This document shows positions 47,343-57,270 of a DNA stretch of 64,000 nucleotides, piece after piece. Position numbers and translations under genes: made by a program. The notes beneath the pieces are model-generated. The model searched no databases and was not told the DNA's origin. It saw nothing but the letters and a program-made list of their open reading frames with translations. Source of the DNA: Clostridiaceae bacterium. GTDB taxonomy: Bacteria > Bacillota > Clostridia > Clostridiales > Caloramatoraceae. The first letter of the stretch is position 1. Each line of letters begins with the position of its first letter. The DNA is taken from positions 20,328 through 84,327 of the forward strand of contig DAMCZI010000006.1 of the NCBI GenBank assembly GCA_032095175.1, read 5' to 3'.

Positions 47343-48593
47343 CTACTTTCCCTCCTCAAAACTTAACATGTGACCAAGCTTTTGTTTCTTTGTTTTTAAA
47401 TAATACTCATTTCTTTCATTATGATTCATTTGTATAGGAACCCTTTCTACAATTTCAATTCCATAGCCTGTTAAGCCCTTTATTTTTCTAGGGTTGTTAG
47501 TCATAAGCCTAACCTTTTTTACACCTAAATCTGCAAGTATTTGAGCTCCTATCCCATAATCTCTCATATCTGCTGGAAATCCCAGGGCAAGATTTGCTTC
47601 TACTGTATCCATGCCCTTATCCTGTAAGGAATAGGCCTTTATTTTATTTATAAGACCAATTCCCCTTCCCTCCTGGCGCATGTATAATAAAATTCCTCTT
47701 CCCTCTTTTTCAATATTTCTCATAGCTGCTGCATACTGCTCTCCACAGTCACATCTTATGGAGCCAAAGGCATCGCCAGTAAGACATTCTGAATGAACTC
47801 TAACTAGCACAGGGGCACCATCTGAAACATCTCCCTTAACAAGGGCTACATGATGTTCACCATTTAAGGTGTTTTCAAAGCCAATCATTTTAAACTCACC
47901 ATATTTTGTTGGGAGCTTAGCTTCTGCTGCTCTTCTAACAAACTTCTCATTTTTTCTTCTAAAAGCAATTAAATCAGCGATTGTTATTATTTTTAGATCA
48001 TGCTCCTTAACATACTCCATAAGCTGTGGAACTCTTGCCATGGTGCCATCCTCATTCATAATCTCACATATAACACCTGCAGGATACAAGCCTGAAAGCC
48101 TTGCCAAATCAACTGCAGCCTCTGTGTGACCTGCTCTTTTTAACACTCCTCCATTTCTAGCTTGGAGTGGGAAAACATGTCCAGGTCTTTTAAAGTCACT
48201 CTCAGATGACTTTGGATCTAGAACCTTGCTTATAGTTAGTGCTCTCTCAAAGGCAGATATTCCTGTTTTAGTTTCTTCTGCATCAATCGATACTGTAAAG
48301 GCTGTTTTGTGATTGTCTGTGTTTTCCTCAACCATATGATGAATGTTTAGTTCTCTAAGTCTCTCTTCTATAATTGGCATGCAGATTAATCCTCTACCAT
48401 ACTTAGCCATAAAATTGATTATCTCAGGTGAAACCTTTTCTGCTGCTATTAAGAGATCCCCTTCGTTTTCCCTATCCTCATCATCAACAACCACTATTAT
48501 TTTTCCAGCCTTAATATCTTCTATCGCCTCTTCAATGGTGTTAAATTTATACATACTAATCCCTCCTATAAAACTATGCAAATCCATGCTCAC
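47343..48593 (-). CDS. ribBA: bifunctional 3,4-dihydroxy-2-butanone-4-phosphate synthase / GTP cyclohydrolase II
   Basis: DHBP synthase motifs ([11 protein letters not shown]) and GCHII zinc site (CDCGEQ). Confidence 0.9.
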   Translation of the reverse strand: MSMDLHSFIGGISMYKFNTIEEAIEDIKAGKIIVVVDDEDRENEGDLLIAAEKVSPEIINFMAKYGRGLICMPIIEERLRELNIHHMVEENTDNHKTAFTVSIDAEETKTGISAFERALTISKVLDPKSSESDFKRPGHVFPLQARNGGVLKRAGHTEAAVDLARLSGLYPAGVICEIMNEDGTMARVPQLMEYVKEHDLKIITIADLIAFRRKNEKFVRRAAEAKLPTKYGEFKMIGFENTLNGEHHVALVKGDVSDGAPVLVRVHSECLTGDAFGSIRCDCGEQYAAAMRNIEKEGRGILLYMRQEGRGIGLINKIKAYSLQDKGMDTVEANLALGFPADMRDYGIGAQILADLGVKKVRLMTNNPRKIKGLTGYGIEIVERVPIQMNHNERNEYYLKTKKQKLGHMLSFEEGK

Positions 48594-49224
48594 TTAAAAA
48601 ATTCATATCAATAGCACCTTTTGTAGGTGTTTCTTCCTTAACTAAAATTAGCTTTTCAATATATTTTCCAACCACATCACATTCTAAATTTACAACATCG
48701 CCAACCTTTTTTTTGAGCAATGTAGTAACCTCCTTTGTATGGGGAATAATAGAAACCTTAAATACAGTTTCATCTACATAGGCTACTGTTAAGCTTATGC
48801 CATCTATTGCAATGGAGCCCTTCTGTACTATGTATTTTAAAATATCATTACACGCTTCTATGGTAACCCATACTGCATTATCCTCATTTTCATAATTAGA
48901 TATCCTTCCTATGCCATCAATGTGTCCACTAACAATATGTCCTCCTAATCTATCTCCTACTCCCAAAGCCCTTTCAAGATTAACCTCATCTCCAGAGGAT
49001 AAAATATTGAGGCTGCTTCTCCTCATTGTTTCTGCCATAACATCAACAGTAAAGGTTTTAGACGTAAATTCTGTAACAGTAAGACATACACCATTTGTAC
49101 TTATGCTATCTCCAAGCTTTATATCTTCTAAAACTCGACTTGCTTTAATTGTAATTTTTGCAGACTTAGCGGATTTAATAACAGAATGTATCCTTCCTAT
49201 TTCCTCTACTATTCCAGTAAACAT
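48574..49224 (-). CDS. ribE: riboflavin synthase alpha subunit
   Basis: [10 protein letters not shown]...; duplicated lumazine-binding halves. Confidence 0.9.
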   Translation of the reverse strand: MFTGIVEEIGRIHSVIKSAKSAKITIKASRVLEDIKLGDSISTNGVCLTVTEFTSKTFTVDVMAETMRRSSLNILSSGDEVNLERALGVGDRLGGHIVSGHIDGIGRISNYENEDNAVWVTIEACNDILKYIVQKGSIAIDGISLTVAYVDETVFKVSIIPHTKEVTTLLKKKVGDVVNLECDVVGKYIEKLILVKEETPTKGAIDMNFLSEHGFA

Positions 49225-49243
49225 TTTATCACCCTCACCTCTT

Positions 49244-49352
49244 ATATATGTTTCGCATAAATGATTCTACATTGCTTGAGCCTAAAATCATTTTCCTTAA
49301 TTCATTAATTACTCAGCACTCAATGCAGAATCTTTAATGCGATTAATATAAC
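49244..49352. repeat. RepA-family repeat, copy C, inserted between ribD and ribE and overlapping the last ~14 codons of ribD
   Basis: full-length alignment to the consensus; the ribD stop codon lies inside the element. Confidence 0.7.
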
Positions 49353-50430
49353 CTTCAACCATTATGTCCTCACCAAATCTATGAATTTCAACATCCTTAA
49401 GCAGAACTGCATCCTTCATTAATGGTCTTCCCACTCCTCCTATCGGAGTCTTAGCTTCTTTACCTCCTATGAACTTAGGAGCAATAAAAGCATTTACTTT
49501 ATCAATGATATCTGATACCATAGCTGAGTAATTTAATTCGCTTCCACCCTCTAAAAGAACACTATCAATTTTCCTTTGCCCCAATGCTTTCATTAAATAT
49601 CTTAAATCAACCCTGTTGTCTCTTAGAGGTGCAATAATTATCTCCGCTCCCATATTTTCAAGCTCTTTAATTTTTTCTTTCTGTGCTAACTCAGTTGTCG
49701 CAATTATTGTTTTCGCATTGGATTTCATATTTAATACATTTGCCTCTAGGGGTATCCTGGCTTTGGTATCCACAATAACTCTTATGGGATCACTGCCGCT
49801 GCCCGATTGAAGTCTTGTATTCAGCAAAGGGTTATCTCTAATAATCGTACCTATTCCAACCATTATTGCAGAAACTCTATGTCTTAAATTATGCACAAAC
49901 TTTCTGGACTCTTCATTTGTAATCCATTTTGAGTCTCCAGTGCATGCTGCTATTTTTCCATCTAAGGTCATTGCAGTTTTTAGTATGCAAAAGGGAAGCC
50001 CTGTTGTTATATACTTTATGAATATTTCATTCAGCCTTCTGCTTTCCTCCTCTAAAACTCCAGTCACAACCTCTATTCCATTTTCCCTTAAGATTTTAAT
50101 TCCCCGTCCTGCCACTTCTGGATTGGGATCCTTAAATGCTACAACAACCTTTTTAATCCCTTTTTCAACTATTTTATTAGCACAGGGAGGTGTTTTTCCA
50201 TAGTGCGAACAGGGTTCAAGAGTAACATACATTGTAGCACCCTCTACATCTTCAACAGCATTTTTAAATGCATTTACCTCTGCATGATGTCCACCATAAA
50301 TCTCATGATATCCCTCTCCAATAATCCTCCCATCCTTGACTATAACTGCCCCTACAAGAGGATTAGGATTTGTATATCCAATACCCTTTTTAGCTAATTC
50401 CAATGCTCTTTTCATATACTTTATATCCAT
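49309..50430 (-). CDS. ribD: bifunctional diaminohydroxyphosphoribosylaminopyrimidine deaminase / 5-amino-6-(5-phosphoribosylamino)uracil reductase
   Basis: CMP/dCMP deaminase zinc motif (HAEVNA...PCSHYGKTPPC) and reductase domain. Confidence 0.9.
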   Translation of the reverse strand: MDIKYMKRALELAKKGIGYTNPNPLVGAVIVKDGRIIGEGYHEIYGGHHAEVNAFKNAVEDVEGATMYVTLEPCSHYGKTPPCANKIVEKGIKKVVVAFKDPNPEVAGRGIKILRENGIEVVTGVLEEESRRLNEIFIKYITTGLPFCILKTAMTLDGKIAACTGDSKWITNEESRKFVHNLRHRVSAIMVGIGTIIRDNPLLNTRLQSGSGSDPIRVIVDTKARIPLEANVLNMKSNAKTIIATTELAQKEKIKELENMGAEIIIAPLRDNRVDLRYLMKALGQRKIDSVLLEGGSELNYSAMVSDIIDKVNAFIAPKFIGGKEAKTPIGGVGRPLMKDAVLLKDVEIHRFGEDIMVEGYINRIKDSALSAE

Positions 50431-50519
50431 TTAATCAACACCTCTTAGTGTATTGTTGCTTTAATAAGCCTTTCATAATTGTATAGTATATCCATAATCT
50501 AGTATTCACATCTATTTGC

Positions 50520-50745
50520 ATGCAAAAAGAAAAGCCCTGAATAAATTCAGGGCTATAAAAGCAAATACATATAAAAGTACTATATAAATTATCAAAATAC
50601 TGATAAATATATATACCTTTAATACACTCTTCTTCCATCCAGACTTTACTGTCGGCCTCGGAATTACACCGAATCTGCCTTACGGCTCGCGGGCTTTACC
50701 GCCGGTGGGGACTTTCACCTCGCCCTGAAGATTAACATTATTCTG
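50520..50745 (-). promoter_or_regulatory. FMN riboswitch (RFN element) with terminator expression platform, leader of the rib operon
   Basis: minus strand reads ...GGGCGAGGUGAAAGUCCCCACCGGCGGUAAAGCCCGCGAGCCGUAAGGCAGAUUCGGUGUAAUUCCGAGGCCGACAGUAAAGUCUGGAUGGAAGAAG; terminator agcccugaauuuauucagggcu followed by a U-run. Confidence 0.85.
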
Positions 50746-50811
50746 TTTATTATCAAAATATCACTAATATGTAGTAATGTCAACACTAGAAAAAGTGTCG
50801 GATACTTCTTC

Positions 50812-51438
50812 CTAACTCTCCATTATCTCTTTTAGGGTTTCTGCTGCTCCTCTTATATCTTCTTTACCTAAAATACTAGAGATTACTGATATACCATCAA
50901 TATTTGCAGGCTTTAATAGGCTTGCATTTTTTTCATTGATTCCTCCTATGGCAACCACAGGAATAGATACACTTTCCTTTATTTTCTTTAGAAGCTCAAT
51001 AGAAACTGCCTTTGCATCACCTTTTGTGGATGTTGGGAACACAGCTCCAACTCCTATATAATCCGCTCCATCCTTTTCGGCTTTTATTGCCTCTTCCAAT
51101 GTTCTTGCAGAAACACCAAGTATCCTATCATTTCCAAGAAGCTTTCTCGCTATTATACATGGCATATCATCCTGCCCAACATGAAGTCCTGCTGTATTTG
51201 CTGCTAATGCTATATCCATTCTGTCATTTATTATTAAAGGTACATTATACTTATCTGTAACTTTTTTTATTTTCACTGCAGTTTTATAGAAGTTCTGGGT
51301 TGTAATATCCTTTTCCCTAAGCTGCACTAATGTAACTCCACCCTTTATTGCTTCCTCTACGGCAGTATATAAATCAACATTTTTAAGCATATCTCTATCT
51401 GTAACAAGATAAAGCTTGTAGTTTACATCAATCTTCAT
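50812..51438 (-). CDS. thiE: thiamine-phosphate synthase
   Basis: TIM-barrel ThiE pattern (LYLVTD...VQLREK...HVGQDD...IGVGAVFPTSTK). Confidence 0.85.
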   Translation of the reverse strand: MKIDVNYKLYLVTDRDMLKNVDLYTAVEEAIKGGVTLVQLREKDITTQNFYKTAVKIKKVTDKYNVPLIINDRMDIALAANTAGLHVGQDDMPCIIARKLLGNDRILGVSARTLEEAIKAEKDGADYIGVGAVFPTSTKGDAKAVSIELLKKIKESVSIPVVAIGGINEKNASLLKPANIDGISVISSILGKEDIRGAAETLKEIMES

Positions 51439-52279
51439 TTATTTTTCCCCTCTTTGCTATTATTTCCTCAGATAAATTATAAATCCCATCAATTATACCT
51501 ACCTTAAGGCTTCCTGAACCACCACTTTCACCTAATCCTTCATAGGCAACCTCTCCTGCAATTCCCATGGATACAACTCCAGCTAAAGCTGCAATCAAGT
51601 TGTCTTCTCCTGCTCCCAAATAGGAACCAATTAGGGAGGTACACATACAGCCTGTTCCTGTAACCTTAGACATTATTTTATGTCCATTTTCTACAGAATA
51701 AAGGGTATTTCCATCAGTTATGATATCAACAGCACCAGTTATAGCTATAACTGTATTTAATTTATTTGCAAAATCCTTAGCAAGTTCTTTTGCCTTAATA
51801 AGCTCATTTTCACTTGATGATATATTTTCCGCAGAATCTACTCCTTTAGTCTGTGCCTTTATACCATATAAGGTTTTTATCTCTGATAAATTACCTCTTA
51901 TAACAGATAATTTTACTTCATTCAATATCTTCTTGGCTGTTTGAGTTCTATAAGCTGTAGCTCCTGCACCAACAGGATCCAGCACAACAGGAATATTTAA
52001 CTCATTAGCCCTTTTCCCTGCTGCAATCATAGAATCCACAGTTCTGCTGTTCAATGTTCCTATATTTAAAACCAACGCTGAAGCTATGGATACCATATCA
52101 TAAACTTCATTTATATCATCTGCCATAACCGGTGAAGCACCTATAGCCAGGGTAATATTTGCACAATCATTGACTGTAACATAATTTGTTATATTATGCA
52201 CCAGGGGGGTCTTTTCTCTTAATTTATATAGCAGTTCACCTATCCTTTTATAAGCTTCCATTTGTTTATCTTCCTCCAT
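51428..52279 (-). CDS. thiM: hydroxyethylthiazole kinase
   Basis: PLVHNITNYV...NIGT...; overlaps thiE by 11 nt. Confidence 0.85.
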   Translation of the reverse strand: MEEDKQMEAYKRIGELLYKLREKTPLVHNITNYVTVNDCANITLAIGASPVMADDINEVYDMVSIASALVLNIGTLNSRTVDSMIAAGKRANELNIPVVLDPVGAGATAYRTQTAKKILNEVKLSVIRGNLSEIKTLYGIKAQTKGVDSAENISSSENELIKAKELAKDFANKLNTVIAITGAVDIITDGNTLYSVENGHKIMSKVTGTGCMCTSLIGSYLGAGEDNLIAALAGVVSMGIAGEVAYEGLGESGGSGSLKVGIIDGIYNLSEEIIAKRGKINED

Positions 52280-52324
52280 GCTATTTCATAAATTGCTCTA
52301 TATAAATCACAATAAAGCTTTTGA

Positions 52325-52410
52325 ATAGTGTACATTGTGATTTATGAATCAAGGAATATGATTTCGCATAAATGTTTAGGGTCAAGCAATGCAGAATCAT
52401 TTATGCAAAA
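52325..52410. repeat. RepA-family repeat, copy D (inverted, 3' arm diverged) between thiD and thiM
   Basis: reverse complement aligns to the consensus 5' arm and centre. Confidence 0.6.
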
Positions 52411-52450
52411 CATATGGTATCATCATCGCTTTAGCCGCAGCTTTTAAATA

Positions 52451-53272
52451 TTAATCTATTGCTCCTGCCCTTTTGTATAGTTCATAGAAATGATTAGTAG
52501 GTCCAACACCATGTCCAATATCCAGTGAATGCATAATAGCAGTAGTAATATACTCCTTCGCATTTTTAACTGAATCCTTTATGCTAAATCCAAGTGCTAA
52601 ATTTGATGTTATGGCTGAAGATAAAGTACATCCTGTGCCATGTGTATTCTTTGTATGTATTCTCTCTGAATGGTAATGATAAATATTCTCTCCATCATAT
52701 AGGACATCTACAGCTTCTCCATCCATATGTCCTCCCTTTAAAAGGACATTCTTACAGCCAAGCTTATGGATTTCCTTTGCTGCCTTCTCCATATCTTCTA
52801 CTGTTTTTATAACAGTAATACTTGCTCCAACCTCTTTAAGTATTTCCTCTGCTTCTGGAACGTTAGGAGTAATAACATCTGCCAAAGGTATCAATTCAGT
52901 AATTAATGCCTTTTTAGATTCAGTCTTTAATAGGGAATACCCACTTTTAGATATCATTACAGGATCTAAAACCACATTTACTGGCTTATACTGCTTTAGC
53001 TTTTCACTTATAGCATTAATTGTAGAAATCTTAGAAACCATACCAATTTTAACTGCATCAACTTCTATATCCGTGAAGATAGCATCAATCTGTGCCTTTA
53101 TAATATCCTCATCTATATCCTGTACTGCGAAAACTCCCTTTGTGTTTTGTGCTGTTATAGCTGTAATAACGCTCATTCCATATACATAATTTGCACTAAA
53201 AGTCTTTAAATCTGCCTGTACTCCCGCTCCTCCACAGCTGTCAGAACCCGCTATTGTCAATACCTTTTTCAT
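52451..53272 (-). CDS. thiD: hydroxymethylpyrimidine / phosphomethylpyrimidine kinase
   Basis: MKKVLTIAGSDSCGGAGVQADLKT...; ATG at 53272 after RBS gaggag. The longer track ORF reads through the riboswitch terminator. Confidence 0.85.
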   Translation of the reverse strand: MKKVLTIAGSDSCGGAGVQADLKTFSANYVYGMSVITAITAQNTKGVFAVQDIDEDIIKAQIDAIFTDIEVDAVKIGMVSKISTINAISEKLKQYKPVNVVLDPVMISKSGYSLLKTESKKALITELIPLADVITPNVPEAEEILKEVGASITVIKTVEDMEKAAKEIHKLGCKNVLLKGGHMDGEAVDVLYDGENIYHYHSERIHTKNTHGTGCTLSSAITSNLALGFSIKDSVKNAKEYITTAIMHSLDIGHGVGPTNHFYELYKRAGAID

Positions 53273-53300
53273 AATTCCATCTCCTCGCATAATTATTTTT

Positions 53301-53465
53301 ACAAATAAAAAAAGCACAAGCCGTAAGAAGCTTGCACCTTTGTACACATATTTTTAATACCCTAATATCAAAACCACTTCCTACGCTGGTATTATCCAGT
53401 TCAGGTTCATAGGGTCAGAGAATTATGGTTCTCAATCTCAGCTGGCCAATCCAGCTCCCCTGTGT
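53301..53465 (-). promoter_or_regulatory. TPP riboswitch (THI element) with terminator, leader of thiD-thiM-thiE
   Basis: minus strand reads ...CUGAGAUUGAGAACCAUAAUUCUCUGACCCUAUGAACCUGAACUGGAUAAUACCAGCGUAGGAAG..., then hairpin gcaagcuucuuacggcuugugc followed by U7. Confidence 0.85.
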
Positions 53466-53569
53466 TACTTAACTATTCACTTTTCACAAATTAATTTTAG
53501 CATAACAGCATTTTATATTCAAGTTGCCGGACACCGGAGAAAGGAGATTGCTCCGGTGCACATCTAGAC

Positions 53570-54178
53570 CTATGGCTTTAGTATGGAATATCCCTTTATA
53601 ACCCCGCAGGCAATACGTTTACCTGCATTTCCTGCAGGCTGAGACTTATAGTCGTCAGGGCTTTCATGTATTATAACTGCCTTTCCTATAATATCAGAAA
53701 CTTTAAATTTGTTTGTAAAAAAGCACATACGAGCATTTCCATTGTTTGAGAACAGTACAGGAAAATCTCCTGCATGGTTTCCATGGGGCTGCTTGGTTGG
53801 ATTCCAATGCTCTCCTGCTGCTTTAAATGGATTCTTAGGATCTCCCTCATCACAGTTGCCAAATTCATGTATATGGAATCCATGGGGACCAATCTGAGGA
53901 GTATCCCCTGATGCAGGTCTATATGGAGGAAGTCCTGTAACATTAACACAAACCTGTGTTCCGCCAGGAACATCCCTAAAAATAACTCTGCCCTTTATAT
54001 TAGGATTAGAGGAACCCCCTTTAAGCCAGGCAACCGCTATTCTCACCTTTTGCATAGCCTTCTTAACAGCATCAAAAGGTTTAAAATCTGTTCGATAATA
54101 AGGGCAGTAATTCCTGCAATATAAATCATGCTGCTGGTACTCATCATCCATATTATAATAACCCATTAAACCCTCCAT
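53570..54178 (-). CDS. Cu/Zn superoxide dismutase-family protein with an N-terminal Cys/Tyr-rich extension
   Basis: HGFHIHEFG, GEHWNP, HGNHAGD, IHESPDD motifs. Confidence 0.65.
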   Translation of the reverse strand: MEGLMGYYNMDDEYQQHDLYCRNYCPYYRTDFKPFDAVKKAMQKVRIAVAWLKGGSSNPNIKGRVIFRDVPGGTQVCVNVTGLPPYRPASGDTPQIGPHGFHIHEFGNCDEGDPKNPFKAAGEHWNPTKQPHGNHAGDFPVLFSNNGNARMCFFTNKFKVSDIIGKAVIIHESPDDYKSQPAGNAGKRIACGVIKGYSILKP

Positions 54179-54358
54179 GTTTAATTATTATAAATATATC
54201 AATCTATCTTATGCAATTTATATCCTAAAGGTGCCAGATATACGAAAACCAGCAATACAAGACTTTCTTAATTATTGATTATATGACTAACATAACTAAT
54301 TATAATAGCACTTTGAAAGGCATAGATACATATAATCAAAGATATCCATCCAATACTA

Positions 54359-54655
54359 CTAAATTAACTTATTATATATATTGATATCAGATTTTTTTGA
54401 AGTAAGTTCAGCTATCATAGGAACTATTCGTGTAAAATGTTCTGAATTCATATGTTTCTCTAAAACATTCTTACTATCCCATTCTTCAATTACGGCTAAA
54501 ATCGAGGAATCTTGTTCATCCTGATATAACTCATATTTTATGCAGCCTTCCTCTCTTCTTGAAGCTTTAACCAATTCCTCATATAGCTTTACTACTTCCT
54601 CAACTTTCCCTTCGTTAACATGTTTTTTTGCTACTACTTTAACCATTTTATACAT
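54359..54655 (-). CDS. antibiotic-biosynthesis-monooxygenase (ABM/Dabb) family protein
   Basis: ~98-aa ferredoxin-like ABM pattern (VVAKKHVNEGKVEEV...ILAVIEEWDSKNVLEKHMNSEHF). Confidence 0.7.
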   Translation of the reverse strand: MYKMVKVVAKKHVNEGKVEEVVKLYEELVKASRREEGCIKYELYQDEQDSSILAVIEEWDSKNVLEKHMNSEHFTRIVPMIAELTSKKSDINIYNKLI

Positions 54656-54751
54656 CTCCTTTTACATAATTTAACCTGCTATTTTTATTTTAAGTAATGT
54701 GTTTTGATAGGTCTTGGGTCTTCCATCCAAGAAAAGTTATTTTTTTTTGTG

Positions 54752-54962
54752 CAATAATCGTGATTATATAAGTATACACCTTTTTTAATAAAAGGACTTT
54801 CGCACCTATAAATTAGTTAAATAATGCAAAAGACCATTAAACCTGGTACATATACCAGATCAAATGGCTTATAAAGCATAAACTTTCTTTATGCGGTTCC
54901 CTTGTCTATCTTATATTTTGTATTTCAAAATACTTTGATTCAATTTCATCTTCAACGAATGT
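54752..54962. repeat. ~210-250-bp direct repeat, left copy (includes a duplicate of the last ~20 codons of the GNAT gene 56686-57168)
   Basis: aligns to 56496-56742 at ~90% identity; the right copy carries a ~30-bp insertion. Confidence 0.7.
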
Positions 54963-54976
54963 GTCCAACACACCTG

Positions 54977-55014
54977 TGGTAGCCATATAAGTTATAACTT
55001 ATATGGCTACCACT
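54977..55014. repeat. perfect palindrome gtggtagccatataagttataacttatatggctaccac (palindrome family, variant with paired T/A change)
   Basis: the copies at 57199-57232 and 59798-59831 carry ggcagcc/ggctgcc instead; both arms change together. Confidence 0.75.
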
Positions 55015-55035
55015 ATGCTTTTCTATTAATCTTTT

Positions 55036-56436
55036 TTATATTAAACCGCAAATATCTTCCATGGTTATAAGTATTACACTTTCATCAAAATTGCTGATAT
55101 CAATTAGCTCCTCTGTAAAACCGCTTTTTGAAAAAAGGTAATAATACTTATTTCTATAATCACCTTTTATATGGATTGATTTTTCCTTTAAAGCATTAAA
55201 TTCTTTTATTCCAACTTTTGAATTTTTCCATTTGCATTCTCCTATAAGTATATTACCATTGCTATCAAAAGCGACAATATCAATTTCATTTTTCTTATCC
55301 CACCAACGACCTATTTTGGAAAATCTAAAAGGTAGAAGGTTTCTCTTATTTAGCTTTTTCAAATATTGAATGCACACATCTTCAAAGATAAAGCTTGTAT
55401 ATTCATTCAAATCAGGTTTTATATAATATTTATAAACTCCCTCTGCATCAGCTTCTTCAAGCTGAGAAATATTGGGGAATACAAATCTAAAGTAGAATTT
55501 AAAATAATTATCCTTAATCTTATAAAGCCCATTCTGAATATTTACTATTTTTTTTATTCCTTCCGTTACAGGATATTCTTTTTCAAGTATATTAAGATCA
55601 ATAAGATTTTTTATATATACACTTATTTTAGTTTTTTCTATTCCTGTTTTTGTATATATTTCATTTAATTTTGTATTTCCTAAAGCTATGGCCTGTATAA
55701 TCGTATAATATATGGCAGTTTCTCTTAGTTCCTGCCTCATCAAAAACTCAACTTCATTGTAAAGAACACAACCTTTTGTAAGTACATTTATTTTAATGTT
55801 GTCATCTAGAGATAAATTCCTATCAAATTGGTTTAGATAGTGAGGAACTCCCCCTAAAATTGCATAAGCATTAATTTTATCTTCAGAAGTTAAATTAGGA
55901 AAAAACTTACTGCCTGTAAAAAAATCCAATTCAGATAATTTATATATTCCTGTCGTTCTTCCGTATAAAGGATTTTTTTCTCCAAGAATTTCTTTTTCAA
56001 TAAAGCTCATAGATGAACCACATAATATTATCATTACATTCTCATTTTTTAATTCCGAATCCCATAGATTTTGTAATATAGATGGTATTGAACTATTAGC
56101 ATTAACCATGTAAGGAAATTCATCTATAACAACTAATTTTTTGCCATTAACAGGAGCATCTTTAATAAATCTTAAAGCATCTTCCCACTGATTAAATGAG
56201 TTTATATATGATTTCATAGGTGAATCTACAAGGACTTTTTTAGAAAAAAGGCTAAGTTGCTGGTTATCTGTGGTTTCTATACATACATAGAATATATGTG
56301 ACTTATCCTTGCAAAAATGCCTTAGAAGTTCCGTTTTTCCTATCCTTCTTCTTCCATATAGCACAATAAGCTGAGCATTACTATTATCATATTTATAGTT
56401 TAAAAATTCCAATTCTTCATTTCTGCCATAAAACAT
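55036..56436 (-). CDS. AAA-type ATPase (archaeal-ATPase-like) with C-terminal DUF234 domain
   Basis: Walker A GRRRIGKT, Walker B VVIDEFP; ATG 56436 after RBS aagaagggaag. The longer track ORF runs into the flanking repeat. Confidence 0.75.
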   Translation of the reverse strand: MFYGRNEELEFLNYKYDNSNAQLIVLYGRRRIGKTELLRHFCKDKSHIFYVCIETTDNQQLSLFSKKVLVDSPMKSYINSFNQWEDALRFIKDAPVNGKKLVVIDEFPYMVNANSSIPSILQNLWDSELKNENVMIILCGSSMSFIEKEILGEKNPLYGRTTGIYKLSELDFFTGSKFFPNLTSEDKINAYAILGGVPHYLNQFDRNLSLDDNIKINVLTKGCVLYNEVEFLMRQELRETAIYYTIIQAIALGNTKLNEIYTKTGIEKTKISVYIKNLIDLNILEKEYPVTEGIKKIVNIQNGLYKIKDNYFKFYFRFVFPNISQLEEADAEGVYKYYIKPDLNEYTSFIFEDVCIQYLKKLNKRNLLPFRFSKIGRWWDKKNEIDIVAFDSNGNILIGECKWKNSKVGIKEFNALKEKSIHIKGDYRNKYYYLFSKSGFTEELIDISNFDESVILITMEDICGLI

Positions 56437-56495
56437 ATTTTCACTTCCCTTCTTAACAGAACCACAAACTACATAATCATGATTTATATAATCAC

Positions 56496-56742
56496 AATTT
56501 ATATAATCATGATTATATATAGTATACACCTTTTTTGACTATAATATAACTATTACTTTTTTATTAAAGGACCTTTCGCACCATATAAATCAATTTAAAT
56601 AATACAAAAAGCCATTCAACCTAGTACACATACCAGATTGAATGGCCTTATAAGGTATAACCTTTCTTTATGCAGCTTTCCTTGTCTATCTTATATTTTG
56701 TATTTCAAAATACTTTGATTCAATTCCATCTTCAACGAACGT
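56496..56742. repeat. ~210-250-bp direct repeat, right copy (overlaps the authentic 3' end of the GNAT gene)
   Basis: see 54752-54962. Confidence 0.7.
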
Positions 56743-57168
56743 ATCAATTTTTTCAAATCCAACCTTCTCTAATAAACCTATTGAACCATAATTTTGGGAG
56801 TATGTAAACGCCCCTATTTTTTCTATATTAAACTTATTAAATACTTCCTTGATAAAAGCTTCTAAAGCCTCTGTTGCTATTCCTTTACCCCACACTTCCT
56901 TTTCAAAAATAACAATACTTAGCATAGACATTTTTTCTTCATTTTCATCTATATCATAGCACCAAATATCTCCAACATACCTGTCTTTAAAGTAAATTAC
57001 TTTACCATAACTTACTGCTTCTTCTTTTAAAGACCCCTCAAATAATACTAATGCTTCTTCTAAGGATTTAGTACTAAAGGGAAATAATCTTTTTATTTCT
57101 TCATCTTGAGTTCTCTCCCAAAAGGTCACAACATGCTCTTTAGTTCTTGCTTTTAGCATTATGTCCAT
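56686..57168 (-). CDS. GNAT-family N-acetyltransferase
   Basis: acetyl-CoA-binding motif (VWGKGIATEALEAFIKEVF); ATG 57168 after RBS aaagga. Confidence 0.75.
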   Translation of the reverse strand: MDIMLKARTKEHVVTFWERTQDEEIKRLFPFSTKSLEEALVLFEGSLKEEAVSYGKVIYFKDRYVGDIWCYDIDENEEKMSMLSIVIFEKEVWGKGIATEALEAFIKEVFNKFNIEKIGAFTYSQNYGSIGLLEKVGFEKIDTFVEDGIESKYFEIQNIR

Positions 57169-57198
57169 AAAAATCATCCTTTCAACTACACCATAACT

Positions 57199-57232
57199 GG
57201 CAGCCATATAAGTTATAACTTATATGGCTGCC
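57199..57232. repeat. perfect palindrome ggcagccatataagttataacttatatggctgcc
   Basis: read directly. Confidence 0.75.
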
Positions 57233-57270
57233 ACTAGAATTTGTTGAACTTCGTATTATGCTTATAATGT

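Noticed and set aside
50435-50638. 67-aa ORF upstream of ribD
   Set aside because: It lies entirely within the FMN riboswitch expression platform and terminator; it has no RBS
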